From assembly GCF_035594765.1 (NCBI RefSeq), contig NW_026943822.1:2446992-2510991 (forward strand): a stretch of DNA of 64,000 nt, in the 5' to 3' direction. This document shows positions 25,601 through 37,968 of the stretch, piece by piece. The first letter of the stretch is position 1. Every line of letters begins with the position of its first letter. The notes below the pieces were generated by a model. It did no database searches. It was given only the letters and a program-made list of their open reading frames with translations, and had not been told where the DNA came from. The DNA is from Anolis carolinensis. Lineage: Eukaryota. Both the position numbers and the translations under genes were made by a program.

Positions 25601-26048
25601 TCCACAACGAACATGACCGGGTGGTCTACAGCTACTCCACTTTCCATTTCATCTTTTTCCTGGCCTCCCTTTATGTCATGATGACGCTCACCTGCTGGTT
25701 CAGGTAGGGCAGGAGCCACGCGGGAAGGAAGGAATGAAGGCAGGCTGGCTGGGGAGGCCACGTTCCCCCCACCCCACTGCCAACATAGGGTCTCTTTGTC
25801 ACCCCACCTCCTGTTGTTTCCTTCTCAGCTACGAGAACGCCGAGCTGGAGACCACCTTCACGCATGGGAGCTGGTCCACTTTCTGGGTCAAAGTGGCGTC
25901 CGGCTGGGCCTGTGTCCTGCTCTATTTCTGGATCCTCCTGGGACCGCTCTGCCTCCCGGACTCGCGACCGCAAAAAGGCAGTCAACCCTTCCTGCGCATC
26001 ATTCGGCGCCGGCGCCGCGCACTCCACCGCGTCGGTGTCGCCACGTAG
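14210..26048 (+). CDS. SERINC4: Serine incorporator 4, about 540 aa from the first ATG (alternative ATG at 14369); exons 14210-14395, 19682-19849, 19942-20120, 21937-22016, 22417-22510, 22596-22807, 23364-23459, 23551-23677, 24868-24940, 25094-25145, 25568-25703, 25829-26048
   Basis: SERINC motifs [73 protein letters not shown] and WVKVASGW. Twelve GT-AG exons in frame (1623 nt). Divergent from HYPK, as in mammals. Confidence 0.93.
14577..15386 (-). mobile_element. Non-autonomous Helitron carrying a nested mariner MITE and a Sauria SINE tail fragment
   Basis: 3' CTAG at 14577-14580 with hairpin; 5' TC at 15386; MITE at 14636-14957; GGTAAAGGTTTTCCCCTGACATTAAGTCC near 14985-15012. Confidence 0.8.
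15474..15958 (+). mobile_element. Sauria SINE with an internally duplicated 3' part; other copies at about 11020-11160, 11436-11655, 29750-30070, 54049-54370, 57770-58088 and 61815-62170
   Basis: tRNA-like head GGAGCCCC..GGTTCAATCCC; body GTGAGTAGATCAATAGGTAC; ACCTTT-type tail shared with BovB. Confidence 0.85.
16002..18237 (-). repeat. Minisatellite of 21 x 97-bp units derived from a Sauria SINE internal segment, running into the remainder of the SINE (18036-18237)
   Basis: Unit starts GGCATGACTGCATGGAG at 16002, 16099, 16196 and so on. Three units are 96 bp, and 21x97-3 lands exactly on 18036. Confidence 0.95.
18900..19552 (-). mobile_element. R4/Dong-clade non-LTR retrotransposon 3' fragment; other fragments at about 6080-6180, 32915-33152 and 52635-53215
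   Basis: CCHC knuckle [18 protein letters not shown] and restriction-like endonuclease [18 protein letters not shown]. Fragments abut (TAA)n tracts. Confidence 0.85.
19555..19620. repeat. Inverted (AAT)n/(ATT)n microsatellite just upstream of SERINC4 exon 2
   Basis: Seen directly in the sequence. Confidence 0.9.
20881..21354 (+). mobile_element. Non-autonomous Helitron inserted between A and T of a SINE; related copies at 23837-24172, 50898-51442, 51443-51906 and about 58097-58336
   Basis: GATCACA|TCTATC...GCCACAGCAACGCGTGGCCGGGCACAGCTAG|TTACAT. The uninterrupted host sequence GATCACATTACA is at about 6318. No target-site duplication. Confidence 0.9.
22043..22287. mobile_element. Palindromic hAT-like MITE; related copies at about 2510-2615, 8686-8820, 18733-18866, 48963-49094 and 55481-55585
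   Basis: Near-perfect inverted repeat centred on CAGCCGCTTAAGCGGCTG. Confidence 0.8.
22895..23336 (-). mobile_element. Solo LTR in SERINC4 intron 6
   Basis: TGTCAG...CTGACA termini and a 5-bp TSD GCACT; same family as 32094-32549 in the opposite orientation. Confidence 0.85.
25225..25511. mobile_element. Non-autonomous hAT element in SERINC4 intron 10
   Basis: 8-bp TSD CTGGGGCT (25217-25224 and 25512-25519); imperfect TIRs CAGAGGCGGCCC / GGGCTGGCTCTG. Confidence 0.8.
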
Positions 26049-26259
26049 CCCTGGCCCAAAACTCTGCCGCCTTTGCCTACTTTAGAGATTGCCCTGCGAG
26101 GGAAGACCGGGACTGACCCTGAGGCTTCCGAATAAGAGGCTGACATGACCTGGGACCTGTCACACATGCCGCACTGGACAGTGCGCCTACCGGACAGCCT
26201 CTATCCAGGATACAAGTGATATCACAGCACTCTAATTTTGTAGCGTGGCTCCATCTCAA

Positions 26260-26582
26260 TCCTCACAACCTCGGAGGATGCCTGCCATAGATGTGGGCGA
26301 AACGTCAGGAGAGAATACTTCTAGAACATGGCCAGGCAGCCCGAAACATGGCCAGGCAGCCCGAAACCCTGTGATTAACTACAACATTCACACTGGCCTC
26401 CAACTGACAAAGAGTTCTTCTCTCACCCTGGACTTTCGACAGATATATATAAACCTTCTTTGCCTAGTTTATCCATGCCTCACAACCTCTGAGGATGCCT
26501 GCCATAGATGTGGGCGAAACGTCAGGAGAGAATACTTCTAGAACATGGCCAGACAGCCCGGAAAACATCCAACAACCCTGTA
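26260..26582 (+). ncRNA. Tandem Penelope terminal repeats with minimal hammerhead ribozyme motifs (mutated core at about 26269-26309; intact core at 26486-26526)
   Basis: CCU-CUGAGGA-U-GCCUGC/GUGGGC-GAAAC-GUC-AGG gives the CUGANGA, GAAA and UH core boxes, a 6-bp helix II and a palindromic ACGU helix III. Confidence 0.7.
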
Positions 26583-26826
26583 AACAATGTTGCCGCTGAA
26601 CCTTAATGCTGCCCAGCATGGTTTGCCAGGTTCTTGACAATCCCCAGAAGGCAGCATGTTTATTGAGTCTCTCTGATGGGCCGTCATGCGTAATCTAAAC
26701 ACATAAACTTGAATGGGTTGCAGGGACCTCTGCAGAGGCTACAGAGAGAGATGCTCAGCATCACCCCTGAGGTGGCAAGAAGAACGAATGGGGGCTGTAG
26801 AATCCCTCCTGCTGCTGAGTCATACC

Positions 26827-28064
26827 AAACAAGTCATGCCAGACTAATCTGATCTCTTTTTTCGATAGAGTTATGAGTTGGGTCGATACAGGGAATGCCG
26901 TGGATGTGGTGTACCTGGATTTCAGTAAGGCCTTCGACAAAGTCCCCCACGACCTTCTGGCAAACAAACTAGTAAAATGTGGGCTAGACAAAACTACGGT
27001 TAGGTGGATCTGCAATTGGCTAAGCGAACAAACCCAAAGGGTGATTCTCACCAATGCGTCGTCTTCATCATGGAAAGAAGTCACGAGTGGAGTGCCACAA
27101 GCAGGGCTCCGTCCTGGGCCCGGTTCTGTTCAACATCTTTATTAACGACTTAGACGAAGGGTTAGAAGGCACGATCATCAAGTTTGCAGACGACACAAAA
27201 CTGGGAGGGAGAGCTAACACTCCAGAAGACAGGAGCAGAATTCAAAACGATCTTGACAGACTAGAGAGATGGGCCGAAACTAACAAAATGAAGTTCAACA
27301 GGGACAAATGCAAGATACTTCACTTCGGCAGAAAAAATGGAAATCAAAGAGACAGAATGGGGGACGCCTGGCTTGACAGCAGTGTGTGCGAAAAAGACCT
27401 TGGAGTCCTCGTGGGGAACAAGTTAAACATGAGCCAACAATGTGATGCAGCAGCTAAAAAAGCCAACGGGATTCTGGCCTCATCAATAGGGGAATAGCGT
27501 CTAGATCCAGGGAAGTCTCTTCTGCCTTGGTCAGACCACACCTGGAATCACACTGTGTCCAATTTTGGGCACCACAGTTGAAGGGAGATGTTGACAAGCT
27601 GGAAAGCGTCCAGAGGAGGGCGACTAAAATGATCAAAGGTCTGGAGAACAAGCCCTATGAGGAGCGGCTTAAAGAGCTGGGCATGTTTAGCCTGCAGAAG
27701 AGAAGGCTGAGAGGAGACATGATAGCCATGTACAAATACGTGAAGGGAAGTCCTAGGGAGGAGGGAGCAAGCTTGTTTTCTGCTGCCCTGCAGACTAGGA
27801 CGCAAGGGAACAAGGGCTTCCAACTACAGGAAAGGAGATTCCACCTGAACATCAGGAAGAACTTCCTCACTGTGAGAAGGGCTGTTCGGCAGTGGAACTC
27901 TCTGCCCTGGACTGTGGTGGAGGCTCCTTCTTTGGAGGCTTTTAAGCAGAGGCTGGATGGCCATCTGTCAGGGGTGCTTTGAATGTGATTTCCTGCTTCT
28001 TGGCAGATTGGGGTTGGACTGGATGGCCCATGAGGTCTCTTCCATCTCTACTATTCTGATTCTA
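26827..28064 (+). mobile_element. 5'-truncated CR1 LINE (RT fragment plus 3' end); other CR1 3' fragments at 30339-30441, 31640-31735(-) and 51931-52375
   Basis: VYLDFSKAFDKVPH, QGSVLGPVLFNIFIND and KFADDTKL; frameshifted; ATTCTATG-type tail. Confidence 0.92.
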
Positions 28065-28944
28065 TGCAACTGAAGGGCTCAGGAAGAGGGGGCTTGGCAC
28101 CGATCTCAAGGGCGAGGAGGTGGTGCCGTGCCACTTGGCATGTGGACGAGACATTGTGGGGGCGGCAAAGGGGGCTGTGGTCCCTCAGCCACGGTGCTCC
28201 TTCCACAATACTCACTCACTCAGCTCCATGGCTACCCAGATATGTGTCTGCAGGGCCATCCAAGTGCCCTTCCTTCCCTGGGAGTTGTGTCCCGACGAGG
28301 GTCCACGGGAGGGCTGGGCAAGAGAGGAGGAGGAGGAGGAGGGGGGGCAGGACTGGTGTGGACTTGTCGGCTCCCAGTGTTCTGCTGGACTTGATGGGTC
28401 TCCCAAAACCCATCTTGAAATGCTCCCTTTCTTATGATTTCATGCACATGGATGGCGCTCGACCCTGGGTCTAGGTTCACTTGAACCTGAAAGATATGGT
28501 TGTCAAAAGATTTCTTCTGTACTAGGGAAAAATAAAACTTGTGCAAATATCCATTTTCACTTTGAATCTTCAATGGCTAACTGATGAGACAGGAAGAAAC
28601 TGAAGAAACTGAAGAAGAGCCAGAAAGCAGGGAGAAAGAGGAAAGAGAAGTCCTCTGCGGCCCCTGCCTGTCTAGAAATAATGGGGCCGGGCTGTGGCGC
28701 AGGCTGTTGAGCAACCAGCTGCAATGAATCACTCTGACCAGGAGGTCATGAGTTCGAGGCCAGCTCGGAGCCCCGTGTTTGTCTCTGTCTTTGTTCTATG
28801 TTAAGGCATTGAATGTTTGCCTTATATGTGTCATGTGATCCTCCCTGAGTCCCCTTCGGGGTGAGAAAGAAGAAATATAAATACTGTAAATAAAAATAAT
28901 AAATAATAATAATAAATAAGTCACTCACTGATAAATGCCAAATA

Positions 28945-29735
28945 CAGTAGAGTCTCACTTATCCAACATTCACTTAGCCAACATTCAGGATTATCCAACA
29001 CAGTTTGCCTCCTGCCCAGATTCACGGCTGTTTCTCTAGGCAGCAAGGATTGAATTTTTTAGGGATTTAATTTCCGAGAACGTTGCTACTGTATGTTCAT
29101 TTTATGCAATTCTATCTTTATTTGTAGTCAATTTGTTAGGAGCCAATTTTTTTAGTCAATATTTTCAATACATTGCGATGTTTTGATGCTAAATTTTTAA
29201 ATACAGTAGAGTCTCACTTATCCAACACTTGCTTATCCAACGTTCTGGATTATCCAACACATTTTTGTAGTCAATGTTTTCAATACATCATGATATTTTG
29301 GTACTAAATTCATAAATACAGTAATTATTACTACATAGCATTACTGCGTATTGAACTACTTTTTCTGTCAAATTTGTTGTATAACATGTTTTGGTGCTTA
29401 ATTTGTAAAATCATAACTTAATTTGATGTTTAATAGGCTTCTCCTTAATCTCTCCTTATTATCCAACATATTTGCTTATCCAACGTTCTGCCGGCCCGTT
29501 TATGTTGGATAAGTGAGACTCTACTGTACCGTAATTACAACACAACGTCACACTGTATTGAACTGCTTTTTCTGGTGATTTGTTGTAAAGCATAATGTTT
29601 TGGTGCTTAATTTGTAAAGTCATAATGTAATTTGACGTTTAATGGGCTTTTTCTTAATCCCAACTTATTATCAAACATTTTTGCTTATCCAACATTCTGC
29701 CGGCCTGTTTATGTTGGATAAGTGAGACTCTACTG
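28945..29735. mobile_element. Mariner MITE (29204-29526) nested in an older, longer relative
   Basis: Two sets of CAGTAGAGTCTCAC / GTGAGACTCTACTG TIRs; the inner copy sits at a TA. Confidence 0.85.
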
Positions 29736-31024
29736 TAATACCAGGCAACCCAGGTGGCGAAGTGGGTTAAAGCGCTGAGCTGCTGAACTTGCGGACCGAA
29801 AGGTCCCAGGTTCAAATTCTGGGAGCGGAATGAGCACCCGCGTTAGCCACAGCCCTAGCAGTTCGAAAACATGCAAATGTGAGTAGATCAATAGGTACCA
29901 CTCCAGCGGGAAGGTAACGCTGCTCCATGCAGTCATGCCAATGGCCACATGACCTGGAGATGTCTATGGACAATGCCGGCTCTTCGGCTTAGAAATGGAG
30001 ATGAGCACCAACCCCCAGAGTTGGTCACGACTGGACTTAACATCAGAGAAAACCTTTACCTTTACCTTTACTGTAATACCAAACAAGAGAGGGAGACCGA
30101 TCTGGCCGTAATGTTGTTGTATTTGGTCATGTGGATACTCCCACCCTGTATCCACAGGACTGAAATCCAGGGTTTCATTTCCCTGCCTCTGGAAAAATAC
30201 AACTTCTAGTCATTTTCTGTTGTAATTCTACGGTGTGCATCTGCCAGAAGTTGACTAATGAGACTCACTGGAGGACCGAATGATGGCTGCGCATGTGGGA
30301 TGCCACTCATCCCCGGGAAATGAGTGGCATCCCACATGTGGGGGTGCTTTGAATGCGATTTCCTGCTTCTTAGCGGGGGGGTTGGACTGGATGGCCCATG
30401 AGGTCTCTTCCAACTCTACTATTCTATGATTCTATGATTCTAAATACACTTTGCCCCACCTGTGTGCCCATCCAGCCCATTTATACTGGTGCAGAGCACT
30501 TTGTCCGCACCGCCTAGAGCTGCGAGGGAAATAACCAAGCCAACGCCACCCTCTTGCTTTTGAACATGGTCATTATTGTTATTATCAAGTTCTGAGAAAA
30601 ACATCCCGCTGTCTGGGATCAACTCCCAGAGGTCCCAGAGATGTGCCGAGTGTCATTACAGATGCAAAGGCGAGGAGGTGCAGGAGAGCAGGGCTCCTTC
30701 GGGAAGCGCAGCAGGCGAGGCCAGGCCACCGGAATGGATGGGAGGCGCAAAGAGTTCTGCTCCTTTCTTCTCCTGCCGGCTCAGCCCCACGGTGTCCCAG
30801 GAGGGTTGGGCTACAGAGCGAGAGAGGCCTTGACGTGCCAGGGAAGAGTGTGGTCAAGGTGGGGAAGGGGCTCCGGAAGAGTGAAGGCGGCTCCTGGCGG
30901 GACAGGGCTGGGTCAGGTCAGCGCTGATCGGACTCAACATCGGCCTCCTTCGCTGCAGCTCCACAGAGTCCCCTGGCTCAGTAGTGGCTGGCTAATTCCT
31001 AAGCACGTTGACCGTTCAACTTGG

Positions 31025-34000
31025 TTATGGGGCAGAAACCTCTGGCTGCAAAGGGGAGAGCAAAGGGTGCGAATCCAGCCGGCTTTGCAGCCACCCAAAA
31101 GCCCGCCGTGGTCATGCCGAGATCATTGGCGCCAGTGGGGATTGGCACCAGAGGTTGCCTCTCCTGCCTCCAAGAGGATGGGGGGTGATGCCATGGGGCC
31201 CCTCCCTTTGCCCAGGCGACTAACCTGAGGGCCGTGAGCCCCGGGCGTGGCTGGGGAGTCCTCTTGGAGGGCCGGGCTGGACCCCTTCTGTTCCCTTTGC
31301 TTCCTGGCCAACTTGGAGAGCTCAGCGTGGATGGTCTGCAGAAGGGGCAGAAAACAAGAAGAATACAATCTCTGAGGACACCTGCCATAGATGTGGGCGA
31401 AACGTCGGGAGAGAATACTTCTGGAACATGGCCATACAACCCGGAAAATATACAACAACTCTGTGATCCTGGCCGTGAAAGCCTTCGACAACACAAGCTG
31501 AAGTGAGTTACTTGGCAAATCCAACTCAAGGTGTTAGTAGTGCTCGACAAAGCCCTACTAGTTTGAAACCCAACTTTCTTGGTTCTGAACTCCCAGGGAT
31601 TTACGACTAGGCGTGGGAAGACACTATGAAATTCGCAAGGTCTTAGAATAATAGAGTTGGAAGAGACCTCGCAGGCCATCCAGTCCAACCCCATTCTGCC
31701 AAGAAGCAGGAAATCGTATTCAAAGCACCCCTGACAGTTCTGCGAAGGCAAGGTTGGGTGATGGCTGAATTCCCTTGCATGGAAACAAGGCATGTTTTTA
31801 GTCCTAGTTGTGATGATTTAACTCTGGCACTGGATGCCATACCAAGATAATCTCACCCCAACACTTGCCCTGAATCCTGTATTCAATTTGTAACTGGATG
31901 ATTGACCAAACCCAAAAGGTGCTCATCAATGGGTCTTCTTTATCCTGGAGAAAAGGGACGAATGGGGGGCCACAGGGTTCTTTTCTAGGCCCGGTGCAAT
32001 CCAACATTTTTATAGATGACTTTCTATGATGGAATAGAAGGCTTGCCAGAGTGAGTGACCCTTTGCTAGCCTTCCTGGAGGACAGGCAGGGAGTGTCAGG
32101 GTATTGTGTATTGTGAAATGTTAAAATCAATCTGGGTTCTTAGAAATGCCTTATGTGTTAGTTCTTCGGCAAGGCATTTCAGCAGTTATGGAGTTAATGA
32201 GAGTCTGCTATGATTAATGTATCACAGGACCAATGGGGTCAAGTTTGTTTTGACCGGGACTTACTTTCTTGTTCCTGTGGAATGCAGAGGAGTTTCCTGA
32301 GCAGTGTGTGTGTGTGTGCATGAGTCGCTTCGGCAAGAGCACTCGTGGAGGAAAGGACTGATTTGCTCTGTTTGTATATAGTCATGTAAATAAAGATATA
32401 TTGCCGTTGGATTTCCAACCGAACCCTCGTCTGCTGGAGTGTGTTTGTCCAGTGCTGTTTTTCCACACGGGGAGACAGTCTGGAGAAGGAGGTGAAGACC
32501 GGGATGGTGAATTTTTGGATTTCACTCTGCTACCCATCATCCCCTGACAGGGAGGGCACGGTCCCCCAGTTCCATGGATGGAGGGGGGAGCAGCGGAAGA
32601 AGGGGTCCCTTCGCCCCAATCCTTCACCTGCCCTACAGGCCCAGGGCGCTCTGGATTCCCTGCCGCCGCCCTCCTCACCTTTGTGGCCGGGTCCAGGTGG
32701 AGGGCCCGCTTCAGGACCGCCATGGCCGCCTGGTCCTCCCCCTGCTCAGACAGCAGCTGCAAGGAAGACAGCACAGGGATGAGGATGAGAAAGATGTCCG
32801 TTTATTTATATCCCACTTCTCCTCTCCACAACGGAGGCTCAAAGTGGCTACAGAGAAAACTCAACATTATGGGGATCTCAAAATTATAAATAATAATAAT
32901 AACAATAACAAGACGACCGCAGTACAAACTAGAGCTGACAGCTAGCACAACAAAACATTACATGGGAAGTTCCTTGACAAAATTGAAGGAAAAGCTGACA
33001 AGGAGAAGACCTGGCTCTGGCTCACGAATGGGACCCTGAAGAAGGAGACAGAAGGCCTGATCCTTGTAGCCCAGGAGCAAGCCATCAGAACAAAGGCAAT
33101 TAAGGCCAAGATCGAAAAATCAACTGATGACCCAAAATGCAGACTGTGCAAGTAATATTACATTTAATGTATAATATATATGTTATTAGATTGTATTATT
33201 ATTAGTATAATATTATATTACATTATAACATTATTATCAATATTATATGTATATAATATTTGCACTTTTTACCTTTGTGAATTTGATATAGACAAAGGGT
33301 CTATTCCCATCCCAATTTGCACTTCCAAGAATTTGCAGCACTTTTATCAGTCACATCGTGTTTACAATATTTATATGGTGCACCTTACCCATTCTACTTT
33401 TACAAACTCTCCGTTTTAATCCATGTTTTTATTAGCTCTTGTCATTTGTTTTTATTGGCTAATGTTTAAATTTTTATAATTGTGCATGTCTCTTGTCTAT
33501 TGTTGTGTTTTATATTGCTATTGTTTTTATTCGGGCTCGGCCTCATGTAAGCCTCCCTGAGTCCCCTTTGGGGAGATAGAAGCAGGGAATAAAAATAAAG
33601 TTCTTCTTATTCTTACTTCTTATCCTTCTTCTTCTTATTATTATAATATACAATATATTATATATTTATAAATTATTGTATCTATATATATGTGTTCTGA
33701 CCGTTTTTACCTTAAAATAAACAAAGAATCTACAACACCCAGAACCACAAAATTAAACAACACAACCCAACACCCTTGCGGCTGGGTTTAAACAACTAAG
33801 CCACAATTCAAATCAAGATCTGTCGCCCACACAAACCCAAACACACACAAAAAAGATGTGTGCTTGTATTACATATATATGTATATAAAATTAGCATAGC
33901 ATGTTGCTATTGGCACAGGAGACAAGATGGAACTATCCGTTGGATTTTTGGTTGTGTGTATATGAAATGTAAATCAAGTGTTTCTGCTGTTTTGCAAGTG

Positions 34001-37000
34001 TGTTTCAGCAATGAAACAGTTAACAGCAGGCCAGTTTGACTGATAGCCTGCTGTGACCTATGAGACATGATTTCCGGCCTTGGAGGTCGGAACTTCCTTC
34101 GGACTAAGGAATGTGTTTTCTTATCTCTCTGTTGTACTGTGGGAGACGAGACGAGCAGAAGAATGCCGGCTTCTAGCGATGGGATTTGCTAATTGTAAAT
34201 ATCTCTGTAAATATTAAATAGATGTTTGAACTTCAGATGTCTTTGTCTGACATTGGAGGAATTGGTGAGGGCAGAAGTTCACCAATTCGTCAAGGTGATG
34301 GTCCGGAGCACGATTGATCGATGGTTTTGAAGAAACCCACCAACGCGCACCCTGAACCTGGCTCTGCATTATGACATGATCTTCCTGGCTCTCAGGTTGG
34401 TATAAAGTTATTCAATTCTATTCTATGCCGGCCCTACCTTGCCTTTCCGGAAGAGTGCCTTGACATTGTCGGGGTCCAGCTGCAGGACCCGGTCGCAGGA
34501 CCCCAGGGCCTCCTCCGGCTGCTGCAGCTTCATCTGTGCAGCCGCAGAGTTGTTGAGGCATTTGAGCTCCAGGTCTCGCTGCTCCTCTTCCTCCTCGGGG
34601 CTCAGGGTGCCTGCGGAAGGGCCGCACAAGGGCCTCACCCCCAGGCAGGCAGAGGCCTGGCCAGGAGCCCCCCACTCATCTCCAGGCTTTGGGGTCTGAG
34701 CTACCTCCCTTCCTTCCAATGTGCCAAAGCTCAACTGCCTCTGAAGAGCCCAGATCTTGGGACCTAGTTAGGCTGGGGCCTAGTGTTTCAGGTCCCAGGG
34801 GCCTCACCTTCCCCTGGCAAGAGCAGCAGCTGTAGGGCCTCCTGGTAGCAGCGCAGGGCCCGCTGGAAGTCCTCCCTCTCGAAGTGGAAGTTGCCCCACT
34901 CCCGCCGACGGTTGCACAGTCCGAAGCGCTCTGAGGCGGTCAAGAGAGCCGGATTGGGACCATCCTGCACCTGCAGCAGGGTCACCTCATAGAGCAGAGT
35001 GGCGTTGGGGGGAATGTCAGGCTCCCTGCAGAGGAGGAGGAGGAGGAAGAACGTGTTTGGGGTGGTCCATTGATTCCACCCCCAGCCCCTTCTTCCCTGG
35101 ACAAAAGGGCCTTACCTGCCCAGAGAGCCATAGGCACAGGTTGGGCTGACCAGAAAAAGGGCGACCTCTCCCACCTGCATGGAGGGGACAGCAAGCTCCA
35201 GGGCCTGAGGAAGAGGAGGAGAAGGGTCAAGGGGAGGGAGAGCAGCCACGAGCCCAGCCCCGGGAGGCCCCCTTCGTAGCCGTTGCCCCCACAGGCTGTG
35301 CAAAGGCTGTGGTCCAAAGACCAGCAGATACACCACTGAGAGGATGCCCAAAACACGGGAGGGCCAAGAGGCCTGTTATTTGAAAACAACTGCACCCAGT
35401 CTCCGGACACATATCCTTTTGGAAATAAACGGCAGTCATAACCTTGTGGAAAAGGGAAATGATGTCATACCCGTTTGGCAAATGTGAATCTCCATGAACA
35501 TGTGGAGACCACCTTTTGAAAACCTCTAGTCAAGAAAAGCATGACCTTATTAGATGTCAATTCTTTGAACAAGTGATATTCATAAGCATTCATGTAATGG
35601 CACACAGGTAACTCCGCTGTTAAACTGTCTTTGAACAGCCAAGGATAAAAACATGCCACTACAGAGGATGGATAGCAGAGGAGGGTTATACAGTAGAGTC
35701 TCATTTATCCAACACTCGCTTATCCAACGTTCTGGATTATCCAACGCATTTTTGTAGTCAATGTTTTCAATACATCATGATATTTTGGTACTAAATTCGT
35801 AAATACAGTAATTACAACATAACATTACTGCGTATTGAACCGCTTTTTCTGTCAAATTTGTTGTGTAACATGATGTTTTGGTGCTTAATTTGTAAAATCA
35901 TAACGTAATTTGATGTTTAATAGGCTTTTCCTTAATCCCTCCTTATTATCCAACATATTCACTTATCCAACATTCTGCCGGCCCGTTTATGTTGGATAAG
36001 TGAGAGTCTACTGTAGCTGAAATTGCAGTTGTAATTGTAATTGCAGTTGGACTTGTCCAGAACATATACACTCCCCTTTAAAAAACCTTTTAAAGTATGC
36101 ACTCAGAGGGTTGTTGTATGTTTTCCAGGCTGTCTGGCCATGTTCTAGAAGTATTCTCTCCTGACATTTCGCCGACATCTATGGCAGGCATCCTCAGAGG
36201 TTGTGAGGTATGGAGAAACTATATATTAAACTTATATTTACCTTCCTTGCTTAGTTTCTCCATACCTCACAACCTCTGAGGATGCCTGCCATAGATGTGG
36301 GCAAAACGTCAGGAGAGAATACTTCTAGAACATGGCCATACAGCCCGGAAAACATACAACAACCCTGTGATCCTGGCCATGAAAGCCTTCGACAACACAT
36401 ATGTACTCAGAGATAAAAAGAAGCCTTTTTTGAAAAATAACACATCTTGTTTACTCATAAGCATTTCGTATTACTTCACCATACAGGCACATCTCTTATT
36501 GAAGTTTAGTTACAGATAGGATGTAGTTCTCTGTGTGTTTAGTACACAGGGTATCATTCTTAATCAATAGTTCATAGTTTTTAGGTATAGCTGTACTCAC
36601 TGAAGTCCATAAGTGCAAACAGCAACATGCATCAGCTTGTTGCATCATACTAAGGTGTGATGCAAACATGCATCTACCTCCACCAAGGCAAAAATGGGCA
36701 TGATCAAAAACAAAGATGGCAAGGACCTAACAGAAGCTGAAGAGACCAAGAAAAGGTGGTGAGAATATACAGAAGATCTGTATAGGAAGGATAATAATAT
36801 AGAGGATAGCTTTGATGGTATGGTGAGTGAATTAGAACCAGACATCCTGAGGAGTGAGGTTGAATGGGCCTTAAGAAGCATTGCTAATAACAAGGCAGCA
36901 GGAGAGGACGGGATCCCAGCTGACCTGTTTAAAATCTTGAAAGATGATGCTGTCAAGGTGATGCATGCCAAATGCCAGCAAATATGGAAAACACAAGATT

Positions 37001-37968
37001 GGCCATCAGATTGGAAAAAATCAATTTACATCCCCATACCAAAAAAGGGAAATGCTAAAGAATGCTCAAACTTCCGTACAGTGGCACTTATTTCACACGC
37101 CAGTAAGGTAATGCTCAGGATCCTGCAAGGAAGACTCCAGCAAGACATGGAGTGAGAGGTGTAAAGCAGACTGACTAAAAAATTGAGTCCCGAGTCTGAA
37201 CATGCTCAGTATAATCACGTCTATAACACCTGTTAAAGAGGTGCAGTCAAACTGGCAAATTAACATATACATAGAATACAGGTTAGCAAATATATATGTT
37301 AACAAATAAATAGTGCAAGGTTTGGGAGGTTGCGATTTCCAATGCCTGTGGCCATCTGCCACCTCCTCATCCGCCCCCGTCCTTCTTGTATTCAGAGGCT
37401 CACGCTCACCTGGATGGCCTCCCATTGGCCCAGGACGAAGGTCAGCCGGGGGTCCCTCTCCACCAGGCTCCCGTCCTCCAAGGCGCCCAGCAGCTTCACG
37501 GCCATTTCCTGCCCCGCCTGCGGCCGGCTACCATGGCCCTGCTTCACCAGGCACTTCCTCAGGCACTTCCCTTCTGGGGGGCAAAGGGAGTGGGTCAGAA
37601 AAGTCATATGTAGAAGAGCCCCCCACCCATCCCCTCCATCCCCCACTATACTCACCAGCAAGGTCCTCCCAGTCACCCGCCTCCCACAGCGCCTGGAAGC
37701 TTCCGTTGGGGCCCATCAGGTGCTCCAGGCGCCGGTAGAAGGCCCTCTCCTCTTGCTGGGGGGCAGGCGCTGGGATGGAGGTGTGGGGCAGAGAGAACTG
37801 GACCCTGCGGGGCAGGCGGGGGCTGCTTCGGGACCCCGGACCCCCACGGGGTGATAGCGAAGGTGGAGGTGAAGGTGGCAGGGGCGAGGTGAGCCCCGTC
37901 CCGGCTTCTTCTCCCACCTCTGACGGGCCCCGCGGCCCCTCCGGCATCAGCCGGCGGTCCCCCTCCAT
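31025..37968 (-). CDS. FKBP8-like FKBP-type PPIase/TPR protein, about 388 aa; exons 37968-37656, 37573-37410, 35204-35116, 35025-34808, 34610-34438, 32756-32679, 31335-31225 and 31045-31025 (last exon tentative)
   Basis: FKBP domain (..[75 protein letters not shown]) and TPRs ([41 protein letters not shown]) closely parallel FKBP8. Introns are GT-AG and in phase. Confidence 0.88.
32094..32549 (+). mobile_element. Solo LTR in the FKBP8-like gene intron 6
   Basis: TGTCAG...CTGACA termini, 5-bp TSD GGGAG and an internal AATAAA. Confidence 0.85.
36105..36400. mobile_element. Inverted pair of Penelope terminal repeats with degenerate hammerhead motifs
   Basis: About 36105-36221 is reverse-complementary to about 36252-36366. 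Confidence 0.75.
36665..37155 (+). mobile_element. RTE/BovB LINE internal fragment
   Basis: [63 protein letters not shown]. Confidence 0.9.

Noticed and set aside
28560-28680. Lys/Glu-rich purine stretch as a possible SERF2 remnant
   Set aside because: It is on the wrong strand for synteny and lacks SERF2 motifs.
30440-30622. GGVGLVISLAALGG as a possible TM-anchor exon of the FKBP8-like gene
   Set aside because: The nearest acceptor (about 30591) puts it out of phase with the phase-0 donor at 31225, the hydrophobic stretch is short, and a better acceptor exists at 31045. It is not fully excluded without RNA data.
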